A DNA stretch of 64,000 bases from Planctomycetota bacterium (lineage in GTDB: Bacteria > Planctomycetota > PLA2 > JAEUHO01). The notes under the pieces were generated by a model. It was not told the DNA's origin. It made no database searches and saw only the letters and a list, made by a program, of their open reading frames with translations. The stretch lies in contig JBFWRP010000002.1 of assembly GCA_050248855.1 (NCBI GenBank), positions 1 to 64,000 on the forward strand, written 5' to 3'. This document shows positions 10,538-20,149 of this stretch, one piece after another (within the stretch, counting starts at the first letter, position 1; every line of letters begins with the position of its first letter). The position numbers were made by a program, and so were the translations under genes.

Positions 10538-10776
10538 CGATGGGGGAGCGCCGCCCTGTCCCGGATCCCGCGGCGCGAAGCGGCCACTCTACAGGCCACG
10601 CACCGAGCCGGGCCCGAACCCCGGAACGCTCCCCACCCGCCGACCACGCAGCGCATGCGCGACACCGTCGATCCGGCGACGCATCGTGGCATCACGCCAC
10701 GCACTGCCACGGGCGCGTCACGCCCGCGCCGCATTGCCCCTCCGCTCCCTCGCGGCTACCGTTCCTCCACCCTCGA

Positions 10777-10875
10777 GGGAGAGGATGGCGGGCTGGTGCC
10801 CCCCACGGTCTTCAAAACCGCTGTGCCCGTGGGCAACCATGGGCAGGAAGGTTCGACTCCTTCCCTCTCCCGCCA
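10777..10875 (+). tRNA. selC: tRNA-Sec (anticodon UCA)
   Basis: 8-bp acceptor stem gggagagg/cctctccc followed by GCCA; anticodon loop ct-TCA-aa (TCA at 10812-10814); long variable arm; T-loop ttcgact; 99 nt. Confidence 0.93.
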
Positions 10876-10886
10876 TCTAGTTCTTG

Positions 10887-10918
10887 GGCTCCGTGGCTGA
10901 TCTTGGCCACGTAGAGCC
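10887..10918 (+). terminator. Hairpin just downstream of selC
   Basis: ggctc-cgtggctga / ttggccacg-ta-gagcc stem with no U-tract. Confidence 0.35.
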
Positions 10919-11236
10919 GAATTCACGGTCATTCATTCTCGACTGCGCTCGCGGGACGTTCAGCCCACCGGGACACGTGGAAACCCACCGGGGCACACAG
11001 AGATGGCCCCGGGGATGGCCCCTGGCTGGTGCGCCAAGCCGTCCGACGGCCGTCGTCTCACCGTCCGTCCGCACTGGTAACCTGCAACGTTCGGAACACG
11101 GTTCCAGAATCAGGCGGGCCCTGAGGCGCACCTCAAGGCCAGTACTCACAGAACCGAGACCGCGTAGCGCCAGCCTCCCGGTTGGCTAGGCGAACTTGCT
11201 TCTTGCGGAGAGGGTACGAGAGGGAAAGATGCGCTC

Positions 11237-14194
11237 GTGACGCGGCGGTTGACCCGAGCCCTGATGGACTATGGCGCCCCGGCGGGATCCATCCGAGACC
11301 TGCGCCGCGATCCGACCCCCGATCACATCCCCTACCTCGACCTGATGCGAGAGGGGCGTGCAGGGGCACCCAGGCCAGACGTGGCGGTAGAGTTCCAGGG
11401 GAGTCCCGTAGCCTATGTCGTAGACGCAACCTCTCGTGACGCTGACCTCGCCGGACTGGCTCTCTTGCATCGGACGCTAGTGTACCGAGCCGACGCGCCT
11501 TACATGGTCGTCGTGGAGCCCGGGCGCTTGGTCGTTCATGCGCTCTCACTCAAGGACGCCGTAGCGCCCTTTGAAGCGGGCGTACACTTCAAGCGGGATG
11601 ACCCTGGCTCCGCGTCGGCCTTTCAGCGACTGGCCATGGAGCCGGAGGGTCTGCCTCTGGCCTCGCCTGAGCAAGAGGTTCACGAGTTGCTGTTCTCGCT
11701 GCTCACGAAGTCGATCGGTCGTCTTACGGCTGCGGGAGTCTCGGCCGAAGATGCGGTGTCGCTGACGGGGCGAGCGCTCTTCACGAGGTTCATACTGGAT
11801 CGAGGGATTCTCCAGGAGTCCGAGGTTGGAGACGCTTGTTCTGGCGCCGAACGCCCGGAGGACCTCTTCAGGAACAAGACAGCCACTGTCTCCACGTGCC
11901 ACTGGCTCGATCAGACCTTCAATGGGGACTTCTTGCCCGTTTCGGCAACTAGGGCGCTGGCAGAGGCATCATCGGACGTTTACCCGGCGCTGTCCGACAT
12001 CATGCATCGCAGTCATGATCGGCAAGCCGTGTTCGAGTGGGCTGCCGTGGACTTTGCCCACGTGCCTGCGGGCCTCCTTAGCCAAGTTTACGAGCACCAA
12101 GCCGCCCAGTCGGACCCTGCCCAGCGCCACGCGACAAGTGTGTATTACACGCCTCGACGGATCGCAGAGTACGTAGTCAAGGAAGTCTTCGCCGCCATGG
12201 AAGCCGAGGATCCGGACTCCGCTACGCGAGCCCGCGTTCTTGATCCTGCTGCTGGCGGAGGTGTCTTCTTGGTCGCCGCGTTTCGGGAACTCGTGCGCGC
12301 GCACTGGCGAATGTCGAAACACCGCCCAAGCACGAAGACACTACGTCAGATCCTGTATCGGCAACTCGCAGGGTACGAAATCTCCGAGGCGGCGCTTCGC
12401 CTCACCGCCCTCAGCCTCTACCTCACATCGCTCGAATTGGACGGGAATCCTCGGCCCTTGTCGAAACTCCAGTTCAAGCCGCTGCGTGGAACGGTTCTCC
12501 GAGATGTCTCCGGCACGCCTGGCAGCATCGGAACGATAGGGATTCAGGTTGATCCCCGTCATCGCTTTGATGTCGTCGTAGGGAATCCTCCGTGGACGGG
12601 AGCGAAGGCAGCCGTGGCGCGCGCAATGTCGGCGGCAGTGCGCCACGTTGTTCAGGATCGCCTCGGCGAGGAAGCCGCCGCCGGATTCTCGCTTCCGGAT
12701 GGCGTCCCGGATCTCGCGTTTCTGTGGAAGGCTGGAGTCCTTGCTCGTCCCGGAGGTTGGATCGCCTTTGCATTGCACGCGCGCCTTCTCTTCAAGGGTA
12801 CGCCCGGTGGTCTTCGGGCGCGGCAGCAGGCGTTCGCGGCCTTCGAGCCGACAGGTGTGCTGAACTGTGCCGACTTGCGAACCACGAAGGTGTGGCCCAG
12901 CACGGATGCGCCCTTCTGCTTGGTCTTCTGCCGGAATCGCACAGCCGAGCCGGGCAGCGCGTTCTTCCTGGCGTCTCCATATCAGGAGCCAGGGATTAAC
13001 TCCCAGGGTAGGCTCCGGATCGATTCGTCTGCGGCTATTCCTCTACCCGTCGATGCGGTCCAGAACACACCCACGCTGTTCAAGGCGCTGGCTCGGGCCG
13101 GAAGGATCGACTTGGATTTGCTGAGGCACGTCCATTCGCTGGGACTGCCCACCCTCAAGCAGTACTGGGACTCTCATGGGCTCGCTCACACGCAGGGGTT
13201 CCAGATTGGCGGCAAGCAGCACTTGGATGCAACGCCGCTACGTGGACTGCCCATGCTCAAGGGCGCCGAACATCCGCTGAGCATGCTCCTCGACGGGGGC
13301 GGCCTTCCCCTGTTCGACCATCGATTGGTGCGTCGTCTGAACAGGATTCCCGCCTATCAGGGTCCTCTGTTCGTAGTTCGGAAGACTCCGCCCGCGGATC
13401 GAACCAAGCCGCTGGCGATCGTCTCCAGGTCGGCTCTTGCCTTCAGCGAATCCTATTATGGCTATAGCGCTTCCTCGCACGCCGACAGCCTGCGGTTGAC
13501 GGGCTACATGGCGGCACTCGCGAACAGCGACCTGTTTCTGTGGTACTGCCTCATGACGAGCGCCATGTTTGGCGTTGAGCGAGACAGCCTTCACAAGCGG
13601 GATGTAGACGACTTCCCAGTCGTCCCGCTTGAGAGGCTGACCAAGCGGCAAGGGGCCCTGGTGGACCGAGCCGTCGAGGGGCTTGGAATCTCCGTCGAGG
13701 CTGGGCGGCGCGAGGCGAACAGGCTCGCGCGTGCGGTCTACGGCTTTGATCCCGCCGAATGGCGCGTCATAGAGGACACGCTGTCGATTGGGCTCCCTCA
13801 TGCAGACGCACGCCATCGCGCGAACCGGCCCCCCAAGCCAGGTGCGGTCCGTGCCTTCGTGAAGGAGTTCCAGCAGACCATTGCCGGGTTCTTGACGGGG
13901 CGCGAGTTAAGCGTGATCCAGTCTACGCACTCTCCCGAGGCTCCCTGGCGCGTTCTTCGCTTGTCGCTCAATGGAGAGGGCCGCTTGCGAAGCGGCGAGT
14001 CGCCGACTCGACTGCTGTTGCAGGCGGCCGATGACATCGGCGCGAGCCAAGTCGTGGTCTCGATTGAACAGCCCCCCATGGTTCTTGTGGGTCTGCTGGA
14101 CTCATATCGCTACTGGACGCGGACGCGGGCGAGGCAACTCGCCCTGACTATTGTCCATCAGCATCTTGACGCCCTGATTGCGAGTACGGATTGA
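11237..14194 (+). CDS. N6-adenine DNA methyltransferase (Eco57I/type IIG-like, probable C-terminal specificity region)
   Basis: YYTPRRIAEYVV, RVLDPAAGGGVFL (SAM-binding motif I), VVGNPPW (motif IV) and LLSQVYE. Confidence 0.88.
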   Translation: MTRRLTRALMDYGAPAGSIRDLRRDPTPDHIPYLDLMREGRAGAPRPDVAVEFQGSPVAYVVDATSRDADLAGLALLHRTLVYRADAPYMVVVEPGRLVVHALSLKDAVAPFEAGVHFKRDDPGSASAFQRLAMEPEGLPLASPEQEVHELLFSLLTKSIGRLTAAGVSAEDAVSLTGRALFTRFILDRGILQESEVGDACSGAERPEDLFRNKTATVSTCHWLDQTFNGDFLPVSATRALAEASSDVYPALSDIMHRSHDRQAVFEWAAVDFAHVPAGLLSQVYEHQAAQSDPAQRHATSVYYTPRRIAEYVVKEVFAAMEAEDPDSATRARVLDPAAGGGVFLVAAFRELVRAHWRMSKHRPSTKTLRQILYRQLAGYEISEAALRLTALSLYLTSLELDGNPRPLSKLQFKPLRGTVLRDVSGTPGSIGTIGIQVDPRHRFDVVVGNPPWTGAKAAVARAMSAAVRHVVQDRLGEEAAAGFSLPDGVPDLAFLWKAGVLARPGGWIAFALHARLLFKGTPGGLRARQQAFAAFEPTGVLNCADLRTTKVWPSTDAPFCLVFCRNRTAEPGSAFFLASPYQEPGINSQGRLRIDSSAAIPLPVDAVQNTPTLFKALARAGRIDLDLLRHVHSLGLPTLKQYWDSHGLAHTQGFQIGGKQHLDATPLRGLPMLKGAEHPLSMLLDGGGLPLFDHRLVRRLNRIPAYQGPLFVVRKTPPADRTKPLAIVSRSALAFSESYYGYSASSHADSLRLTGYMAALANSDLFLWYCLMTSAMFGVERDSLHKRDVDDFPVVPLERLTKRQGALVDRAVEGLGISVEAGRREANRLARAVYGFDPAEWRVIEDTLSIGLPHADARHRANRPPKPGAVRAFVKEFQQTIAGFLTGRELSVIQSTHSPEAPWRVLRLSLNGEGRLRSGESPTRLLLQAADDIGASQVVVSIEQPPMVLVGLLDSYRYWTRTRARQLALTIVHQHLDALIASTD

Positions 14195-14928
14195 TGGCCA
14201 CACGAAAGCGCGCCATTGCCTCCCTGGCAACGGGGGTTCCTAGGGGCAGGGCCCTGCCTCATCCGGACTATCCCCCATCTGCATACAAGGTGATACTTGA
14301 AGCCTGTCAGGTCGCCTGGGTTCGACTGAAGCAGACGATGGCGGGCATCGAAATGGCGCGCGAGGACCAGATCACTCTCGGACTACAGCGCGTCCTGAAC
14401 GACATGCGCCTGGAGGGCTCGCCCACAGTGCGCGGCTTCAACTACCGCGCCTTTGATCGAGTCATCCGCGGCGAGTCGATCTGCGATCACACGGGAACGC
14501 GCCTTGGCAAGTCGCCCGACCTCGTGTTCCGGACGGTATCTTCGGGATCTCCGGTCTTCTTGGAGGACCACCACGCCGTTTTCGTTGAGGCGAAGATCGT
14601 TGACCGAGGCGGCCACCCCGTCCGCCTCTACACGGTGAAGGGATTGCTTCGATACGTGAATGGCGAGTACGCATGGGCCATGCCTTCAGGTCTGATGCTT
14701 GGGTACGCCAGGGACCGATGCACGGTTGCAGACGTGCTCGTCCCATACCTTCGGCAGCGGAAGCGAAGAGGCGGCGATGCGCTGAAGACGAGAGCCCTCC
14801 CGGCCACGGCGCCTGGCATGGGTGTGCCTGAGCCATGGCGTTCAACGCACGGGCGCACCTGGCGATACGGCGGCTCTGGGGCCCGCCCCGGACCAATCGA
14901 TGTCTGGCACCTCTGGCTGGACGTGTAG
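14194..14928 (+). CDS. Putative PD-(D/E)xK nuclease partner of the methylase
   Basis: ED.IT, SPDLVF...VFVEAKIVD and GLLRYVNGEYA motifs; TGATG overlap with the methylase stop. Confidence 0.6.
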   Translation: MATRKRAIASLATGVPRGRALPHPDYPPSAYKVILEACQVAWVRLKQTMAGIEMAREDQITLGLQRVLNDMRLEGSPTVRGFNYRAFDRVIRGESICDHTGTRLGKSPDLVFRTVSSGSPVFLEDHHAVFVEAKIVDRGGHPVRLYTVKGLLRYVNGEYAWAMPSGLMLGYARDRCTVADVLVPYLRQRKRRGGDALKTRALPATAPGMGVPEPWRSTHGRTWRYGGSGARPGPIDVWHLWLDV

Positions 14929-15050
14929 CATGGCCTGCGCACTCTGAAGGGCGTCGAGAGCGACGACATCGATCCTCCTCATGTGTGCAGAGAGAGTGGG
15001 GTACGCGGATCATGAAGTATGGTGATGCTCGCCGCTAGGAGCCCCCACGC

Positions 15051-15488
15051 ATGCCAAACATTGCCACCGCCCTCAAGTCCGAGATCACCCGGCTCGCCCG
15101 CAAGGAGATTCGCCAGCAGGTCGGCCCCCTCCGCAAGATCGTTACGGAGCAGAGGCGGACCATCGCTGAACTCCGACGCCAGGTCGCCAACCTCCAACGC
15201 AACCAAGGCTTCCTCACAAAGCAGGAGGGCAAGCGCCTCGCAGAGCCCCCGAGGGCCGAGGCCGCCAAGGGCGTCCGCTTCTCGCCAAAGTGGCTCGCGG
15301 CTGACCGCAAGCGCCTCGGCCTGTCGGCGAAGGACTACGGTCGCCTCGTCGGCGTGTCGGCTCTCACGATCTACAACTGGGAGGCGGGGAAGTCGAAGCC
15401 GCAGGCGAAGAAACTGGCCGCGTGGGCGTCGGTGCGGGGGCTAGGGAAGCGTGAGGCGATGAAGAGGTTGGAACTGGTGGGGGGGTAG
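15051..15488 (+). CDS. Coiled-coil + XRE-type HTH DNA-binding protein
   Basis: MPNIATALKSEITRLARKE N-terminus and RKRLGLSAKDYGRLVGVSALTIYNWEAGKSKP HTH. Confidence 0.85.
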   Translation: MPNIATALKSEITRLARKEIRQQVGPLRKIVTEQRRTIAELRRQVANLQRNQGFLTKQEGKRLAEPPRAEAAKGVRFSPKWLAADRKRLGLSAKDYGRLVGVSALTIYNWEAGKSKPQAKKLAAWASVRGLGKREAMKRLELVGG

Positions 15489-15567
15489 GGCTACGGGGCC
15501 TCGGGACGCGCAGCGGCGGTGCTCCAGTCCAGTACACGGGTGGGCGGGCGCGTACACTGGCGAAGCC

Positions 15568-16518
15568 ATGGCCTCAAGACCGTCGCCCAGTTTCGAGATC
15601 AACCAGCGCTACGAGGACTCCGCTGGGATCTACACCGTCGTGGCGATTGCCGCGAAGGGTATGCGCGTTTCGATCAAGCGCGCAGATGGCAGCCTAGAGC
15701 ACGCCAAGGACGCAAGTGCTCTGTGGGCCATGAGTAGGCGCGTGGCGTCGGTAACTAGGAGCGTGCAAGGGCTGATTGAGTCGAACGCGTCCGTCCAGGG
15801 CATCGAGATGCTCGTACCGTCCACTGTGGACAGACCCTGGCCTAGTCCGCCGGACAGCGATGAGGCGCGCCGCATCCAAGGGCTCTGTCGTCGCCGCGGT
15901 ATTGTCGAAGTGCTGCACTTCACAAGAGCGTCCAACTTGCCGGGCATAGTGCAGGGAGGCCTCGCGCCCGTGGTGACGACCTCCTCTCGGTCGGACCTTC
16001 GCTGCACGCGAAACGACCTGCTTCGCATCGATGGACATCTCAACGCGAACTGCCTTAGCCTCTCGTTCCCGAACTACCGGATGTTCTACAGCCTGCGTTG
16101 TAGGAATCCCGATGTCGCCTGGGTTGTCCTTTCGTTCGATGTACGTGTTCTATGGGAGACGCCGTGTGCGTTCTACCCGACGAACGCCGCGAGCAACGCC
16201 ATGCGGGGGCTTGACCCTGCTGGTCAAGCAGGCGCCATGTCGCTTGAGGCGATGTTCTCGCACGATGTTGGGCATCGACAGGCGTATGGGCTGCCTCAGA
16301 ACTACACGACAGACCCTCAGGCCGAGGTGCTCGTGTTCGCAACCCTGCGCTCGGACCTCATCCGCAGTGTCTATACCCCGAGCACTGGCGGAGTGGAGCC
16401 TGGACTGCGAGCGGTGCTGCGGCGGAGGAATGTCGCGATCCGTGTCGCCGACAGCATATTCGGGCAGCGTCACGATTGGAGTGCGTGGCGGAACCCAGTT
16501 TGGGAGGACCAGTACTAG
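15568..16518 (+). CDS. darT: DarT (DUF4433) DNA ADP-ribosyltransferase toxin, DarT1 type
   Basis: LHFTRASNLPGIVQGGL, RIDGH..ANCLSLSFPNYRMF and TTDPQAEVLV (catalytic QAE). Confidence 0.88.
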   Translation: MASRPSPSFEINQRYEDSAGIYTVVAIAAKGMRVSIKRADGSLEHAKDASALWAMSRRVASVTRSVQGLIESNASVQGIEMLVPSTVDRPWPSPPDSDEARRIQGLCRRRGIVEVLHFTRASNLPGIVQGGLAPVVTTSSRSDLRCTRNDLLRIDGHLNANCLSLSFPNYRMFYSLRCRNPDVAWVVLSFDVRVLWETPCAFYPTNAASNAMRGLDPAGQAGAMSLEAMFSHDVGHRQAYGLPQNYTTDPQAEVLVFATLRSDLIRSVYTPSTGGVEPGLRAVLRRRNVAIRVADSIFGQRHDWSAWRNPVWEDQY

Positions 16519-16519
16519 G

Positions 16520-17203
16520 ATGGCGAGTCGGCCCTTGTTCTTGCCTAGCATCACGCCGTGGCCTCACGCTGAGGAACTGGAGATTGACTTTCAGTGGTTC
16601 CCCGGCTTTGCGAAGAGACAAGCGCAGCGTTCGATCGAGGCTTTGCATGAGGCGGCGCGTGCGCGAGGATTCGATCCAATCCTCGAAGTTTCCTCAAAGT
16701 CGCCCGCGCCGGAAGGGGTCGCCCTTAGTGCCTTCAACCTGATGTTCGAGCCTCTGCCGGGTAGGGCAATGAGTGTGGAATGCGCGTTTCAGGGAAGCAA
16801 GGTCTTCGAGAGTGCGGGGCCGTTTGAGGACCTCTATGACGTGGGAAGTCGAGCCGCACGAAGGGACCCGCGGCTCAGGGAATCGGGTCACATCACCGGC
16901 TTTCGCCTGCTGGGGCAGTCGTATCCGGCTAGGCCGATGACTCTCTTCTATGACTTCGTGTATGCCCAGGCGCTCATGCAGAATCGTCATCTGCTGGATC
17001 ATGCGTCATTGTTTGCGGGGTTCACGGACATTGCGTTCAACCCCAGGAAGTCACTGAACTGCCAGGCGCGATCGTTGGCTCTGTCGGTGGCACTCGTTCG
17101 GACGCACAGGTTAGAGCGTGCGGTACGGAGCCTAGATGCTTGGAAGAGCGCGCTGGGGTTGGGAACCGCGAGGGACCCGGGCACTCAAGGGGCGCTGTTC
17201 TAA
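16520..17203 (+). CDS. darG: DarT1-associated NADAR antitoxin (DarG1, DUF6977-like)
   Basis: MASRPLF..FQWFPGFA, LEVSSKS...LSAFNL, SVECAFQGSKVFE..GPF and FTDIAFNPRKSLNCQARS. Starts 1 bp after darT. Confidence 0.85.
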   Translation: MASRPLFLPSITPWPHAEELEIDFQWFPGFAKRQAQRSIEALHEAARARGFDPILEVSSKSPAPEGVALSAFNLMFEPLPGRAMSVECAFQGSKVFESAGPFEDLYDVGSRAARRDPRLRESGHITGFRLLGQSYPARPMTLFYDFVYAQALMQNRHLLDHASLFAGFTDIAFNPRKSLNCQARSLALSVALVRTHRLERAVRSLDAWKSALGLGTARDPGTQGALF

Positions 17204-17530
17204 CCCCGCCTGCGCCGCACCTACGTCCGCCCAGCCACTTGCCGCTGCAACTGCGCCCCGACCAACTCGCGAGTGACGAGGCCGTTGGTTGGCCGAGACC
17301 CTTGGGCACGCGGCTCGGCGGGCATGTGAGTATCGTCGCCTCTTCTCCCAAAGGGGGGTCAACTGCGTGACGAACTCGTCGCTGGCCAGGATCCTCTGGC
17401 AGGCCCCCATCGTGCCGTGCTGTGCCTCCATCTGGAGCAACCGTCCCGGGGCGACACCGAAGGTCCGCTTGAAGTCTGCCGCGGCCTCGGCGAGCCGCTC
17501 CTTGAGCCGGGCTTCGAGGGCGGCGCGCAT
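17132..17530 (-). pseudogene. Probable truncated small gene
   Basis: A coherent helical N-terminus up to TPLWEKRR, after which the sequence becomes non-protein-like. Lies 7 bp downstream of the 568-aa gene. Confidence 0.35.
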
Positions 17531-17537
17531 CCGAAGC

Positions 17538-19244
17538 CTACTTGTGGTCCAGGTGCTTGCCGCAGTGGCCGATCACGATGCGCTGATGCTTTGGATACCA
17601 CTCGAAATGGACGCGAAGTGTCTCTGTGACGCCGGGGTTCACCCCGATCTTCAGGTGACGCTGCATGACGATATCCTTGCCGTCGTACCTGAAGGTCCGT
17701 AGGCGTGTCGCACGATCGCTGTTCATGACCGTCTCGGACTCGCGTGCGGCGAAGGCCTTCTTTCCAAACACCTTCCCCGCCGTGCCATCTGGCTGGCCTG
17801 AGAGTAGAGCGGATCGGTAGGCGCCAGCAAGCGTAAAGACGAGATCGCGTGCTCGCTCACGGTACTTGAACGCCTCGGAGTCCCGAGCCGAACGCAGCGC
17901 AGTGTCCAAGACTACGAGAGAGTCTGGATAGAGTATCTGCGCGGCGACCAGGGTCTGCTCAAGAGTCGAGGTCCCGTCAAAGGCTGCGGCCAGTGCTCTA
18001 CGGCAATCATCGTCTATGCCTGACACTGGGGCGGCAGCATCTGACGCTGATGTCGTTTCCGTGAGGTGCTTGCGCACAAGGCGCTCGCGCCGGAGTTGGT
18101 CCTCCAGGTCGTCGATCCTCTGTGCCTGCTCCTCAATTGTCGCCTCGCCTTGCTCTCGTGCGGTTTCAGCGGCCAGCCATTCCCTTTCCGACATCTTCGA
18201 GGAATCGAGGGCTGTCTGCAAGGCGCACGTCAGTTCTCGGATGCGCTCTTCCAGGGCAGGGATGGTAGTCGCGGCAGCCTGTGAGTCTGCAACACGCCCC
18301 GCTTCCAGGGCAAGCAGCGCTTCCGCCATGAAGCGGCGCTCCTTGATGTCGTGCTGGGCAAGCGCATCGAAGAAGCCCCGCGGCAGAGTTCTTCGGAGGA
18401 TCTCCCGGCACGCGCCGCCCGCAACCCAGAGCGTTCGATCCGACTCGTCCTGCTCCTCGATCTTGGGTCGGATCCAAAGCCGGTGGTCGTACGGGCTCTT
18501 CAACGCGGCTAGTCCGGGTTGGTAGATGCGAACTGCCCCGTCGCCGACGGTGTGCAGTCGTGAGAACCCGCGTGTCGTCAACGCCTGATTGAAGATCCGC
18601 GTCCCGTCGCCCTCGGGGAGCACCACCACGCGCGCCATGGACGTGAGCGCTGTTGCGAGCGCCTTGGGCGTGACCACGACGGACTGATCCGACTTGCAGC
18701 GGGAGACGACCACGAACGGAAGGTCGCGTGCGCTGTCCGTGAGCACATACGCGACAAACTGATCGACATCGTCCTCCGCGAGCGGCATTAGGGAGGAATC
18801 CCCCAGGTCCGCCGGGCGCAACTGGGCGCCGTTGCGCTTCAGAATCCGTGACACAATCCCGGGCGGATAGGGAACTGCAAGGCTGGTTCGCAGGTGCGGT
18901 GCTGAGCGAGAACCGCCATGGCATAGGACTGTTCCGCTCTCAGTCGCCTCGACCGTGGCAACTGTGTGCCAGATCACCGCTGGATCTGCACCATCCCGAT
19001 GGCTGAAGTGCATCAGGAACTCCGAGTTCGTTCGGCGAGAGGCCAGATGGCAATCAGCACTGCCCTTGAACGACGAGCCATTCAGAAGGTCATCCAGATC
19101 CCAGTGCCCAACGCCTATGTCTCGTCGCCGCTGACGGAGTTTCCCGAAGGGTCCCAGCCCAATTGCCCACATCCCGTACATTTCGGCCACGGTCGGCATG
19201 TCGAGGTTCTGGAGCACCACGCGTGTGAAGAAGGTCGGGATCAT
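17538..19244 (-). CDS. 568-aa protein with central coiled coil and C-terminal RelE/ParE-like domain (candidate defence effector)
   Basis: RDLPFVVVS and VGDGAVRIYQPG motifs, a coiled coil, and C-terminal RESET...RTF...HLKIG...TLRVHFEW...IVIGHCGKHL. Confidence 0.6.
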   Translation of the reverse strand: MIPTFFTRVVLQNLDMPTVAEMYGMWAIGLGPFGKLRQRRRDIGVGHWDLDDLLNGSSFKGSADCHLASRRTNSEFLMHFSHRDGADPAVIWHTVATVEATESGTVLCHGGSRSAPHLRTSLAVPYPPGIVSRILKRNGAQLRPADLGDSSLMPLAEDDVDQFVAYVLTDSARDLPFVVVSRCKSDQSVVVTPKALATALTSMARVVVLPEGDGTRIFNQALTTRGFSRLHTVGDGAVRIYQPGLAALKSPYDHRLWIRPKIEEQDESDRTLWVAGGACREILRRTLPRGFFDALAQHDIKERRFMAEALLALEAGRVADSQAAATTIPALEERIRELTCALQTALDSSKMSEREWLAAETAREQGEATIEEQAQRIDDLEDQLRRERLVRKHLTETTSASDAAAPVSGIDDDCRRALAAAFDGTSTLEQTLVAAQILYPDSLVVLDTALRSARDSEAFKYRERARDLVFTLAGAYRSALLSGQPDGTAGKVFGKKAFAARESETVMNSDRATRLRTFRYDGKDIVMQRHLKIGVNPGVTETLRVHFEWYPKHQRIVIGHCGKHLDHK

Positions 19245-19379
19245 GATCGACTCCAGGCGACGACGAAGCAGGCGAGGCGAGTGCGTGCCAGCATCTGGCC
19301 TTCCCCTACTGCGTGACGAGCGGGCGTGTGTCTATCGTAGCGCCCGCGGCCCTTGACGGCTCCTGTCGGCTGGTGAACC

Positions 19380-19910
19380 ATGGATGCCATGTCCGACCTG
19401 CGACGCCTCTCGGACCTCCTCCGCCGCCGCAACGAGGTGGACGCGGAGATCGCCGCCCTGATCGATCGGCCCGCGCTCCCAGGGCATCTGGGCGAGTGGA
19501 TCGCCGCCCGCGTCTTCGACTTGGAACTCCATCCTAGTGCGGTCCACAAGGGTAGCGACGCGGTCTTCCGATCTGGGCCTCTCAAGGGCAAGACCGTGAA
19601 CGTGAAGATGTACGGCTATCAGGAGTCCATGCTCGATGTCCACGAGACCGAGCCGCCCGATTGCTACCTGGTGCTAACCGGCCCGCGAAGGACGGTGGCC
19701 ACATCGAGAGGAGCGGTGCGTCCCTTCGTGATCACGGCTGCCTACGTGTTCTTGCATGAGGGCCTGCTGCGTGATGGCGTCAAACCCGGCATCGCCGCCA
19801 GTGTGCGAAAGCACGTGTGGCAGGCTGCCATGGTGTGGCCGGAGGCTGGCCCTGGGGCGTTGATCGTGGTGGGGCAGGAGCAGGCGGGGATGTTGGGGCT
19901 GTTTCGCTAG
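19380..19910 (+). CDS. Small putative restriction-endonuclease-fold protein (DUF6998-like)
   Basis: GHLGEWIAARVFDLEL...KGSDAV...VNVK. Confidence 0.5.
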   Translation: MDAMSDLRRLSDLLRRRNEVDAEIAALIDRPALPGHLGEWIAARVFDLELHPSAVHKGSDAVFRSGPLKGKTVNVKMYGYQESMLDVHETEPPDCYLVLTGPRRTVATSRGAVRPFVITAAYVFLHEGLLRDGVKPGIAASVRKHVWQAAMVWPEAGPGALIVVGQEQAGMLGLFR

Positions 19911-20149
19911 GGGAGACCATCGGGGGACTCGTCTACGCCTGAGCCGTCGAACCTGACTGTGGACCTGTCCCTTGAAGTGGCAGGGCTCTCCACGTCAGGG
20001 CTGCCCACTTGCGCCACCGCCGCCCCGCGGCGAGGATTCCGCCTCCTACCCCTTGGTCAGGGGGGAGAGAGGAGGGCCGTAACCCCTTGTCCCGCCACGC
20101 GCTACCGCCGCCAGCCCGTTTCGCTCACGCGCTCGGAGGCTAGGGTTCC

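Noticed and set aside
5561..10900. 1779-aa + strand ORF, and other long antisense ORFs such as 260-2053 and 4164-5654
   Set aside because: Shadow frames of real minus-strand genes in very high-GC DNA; Arg/Pro/Ala-rich with no motifs.
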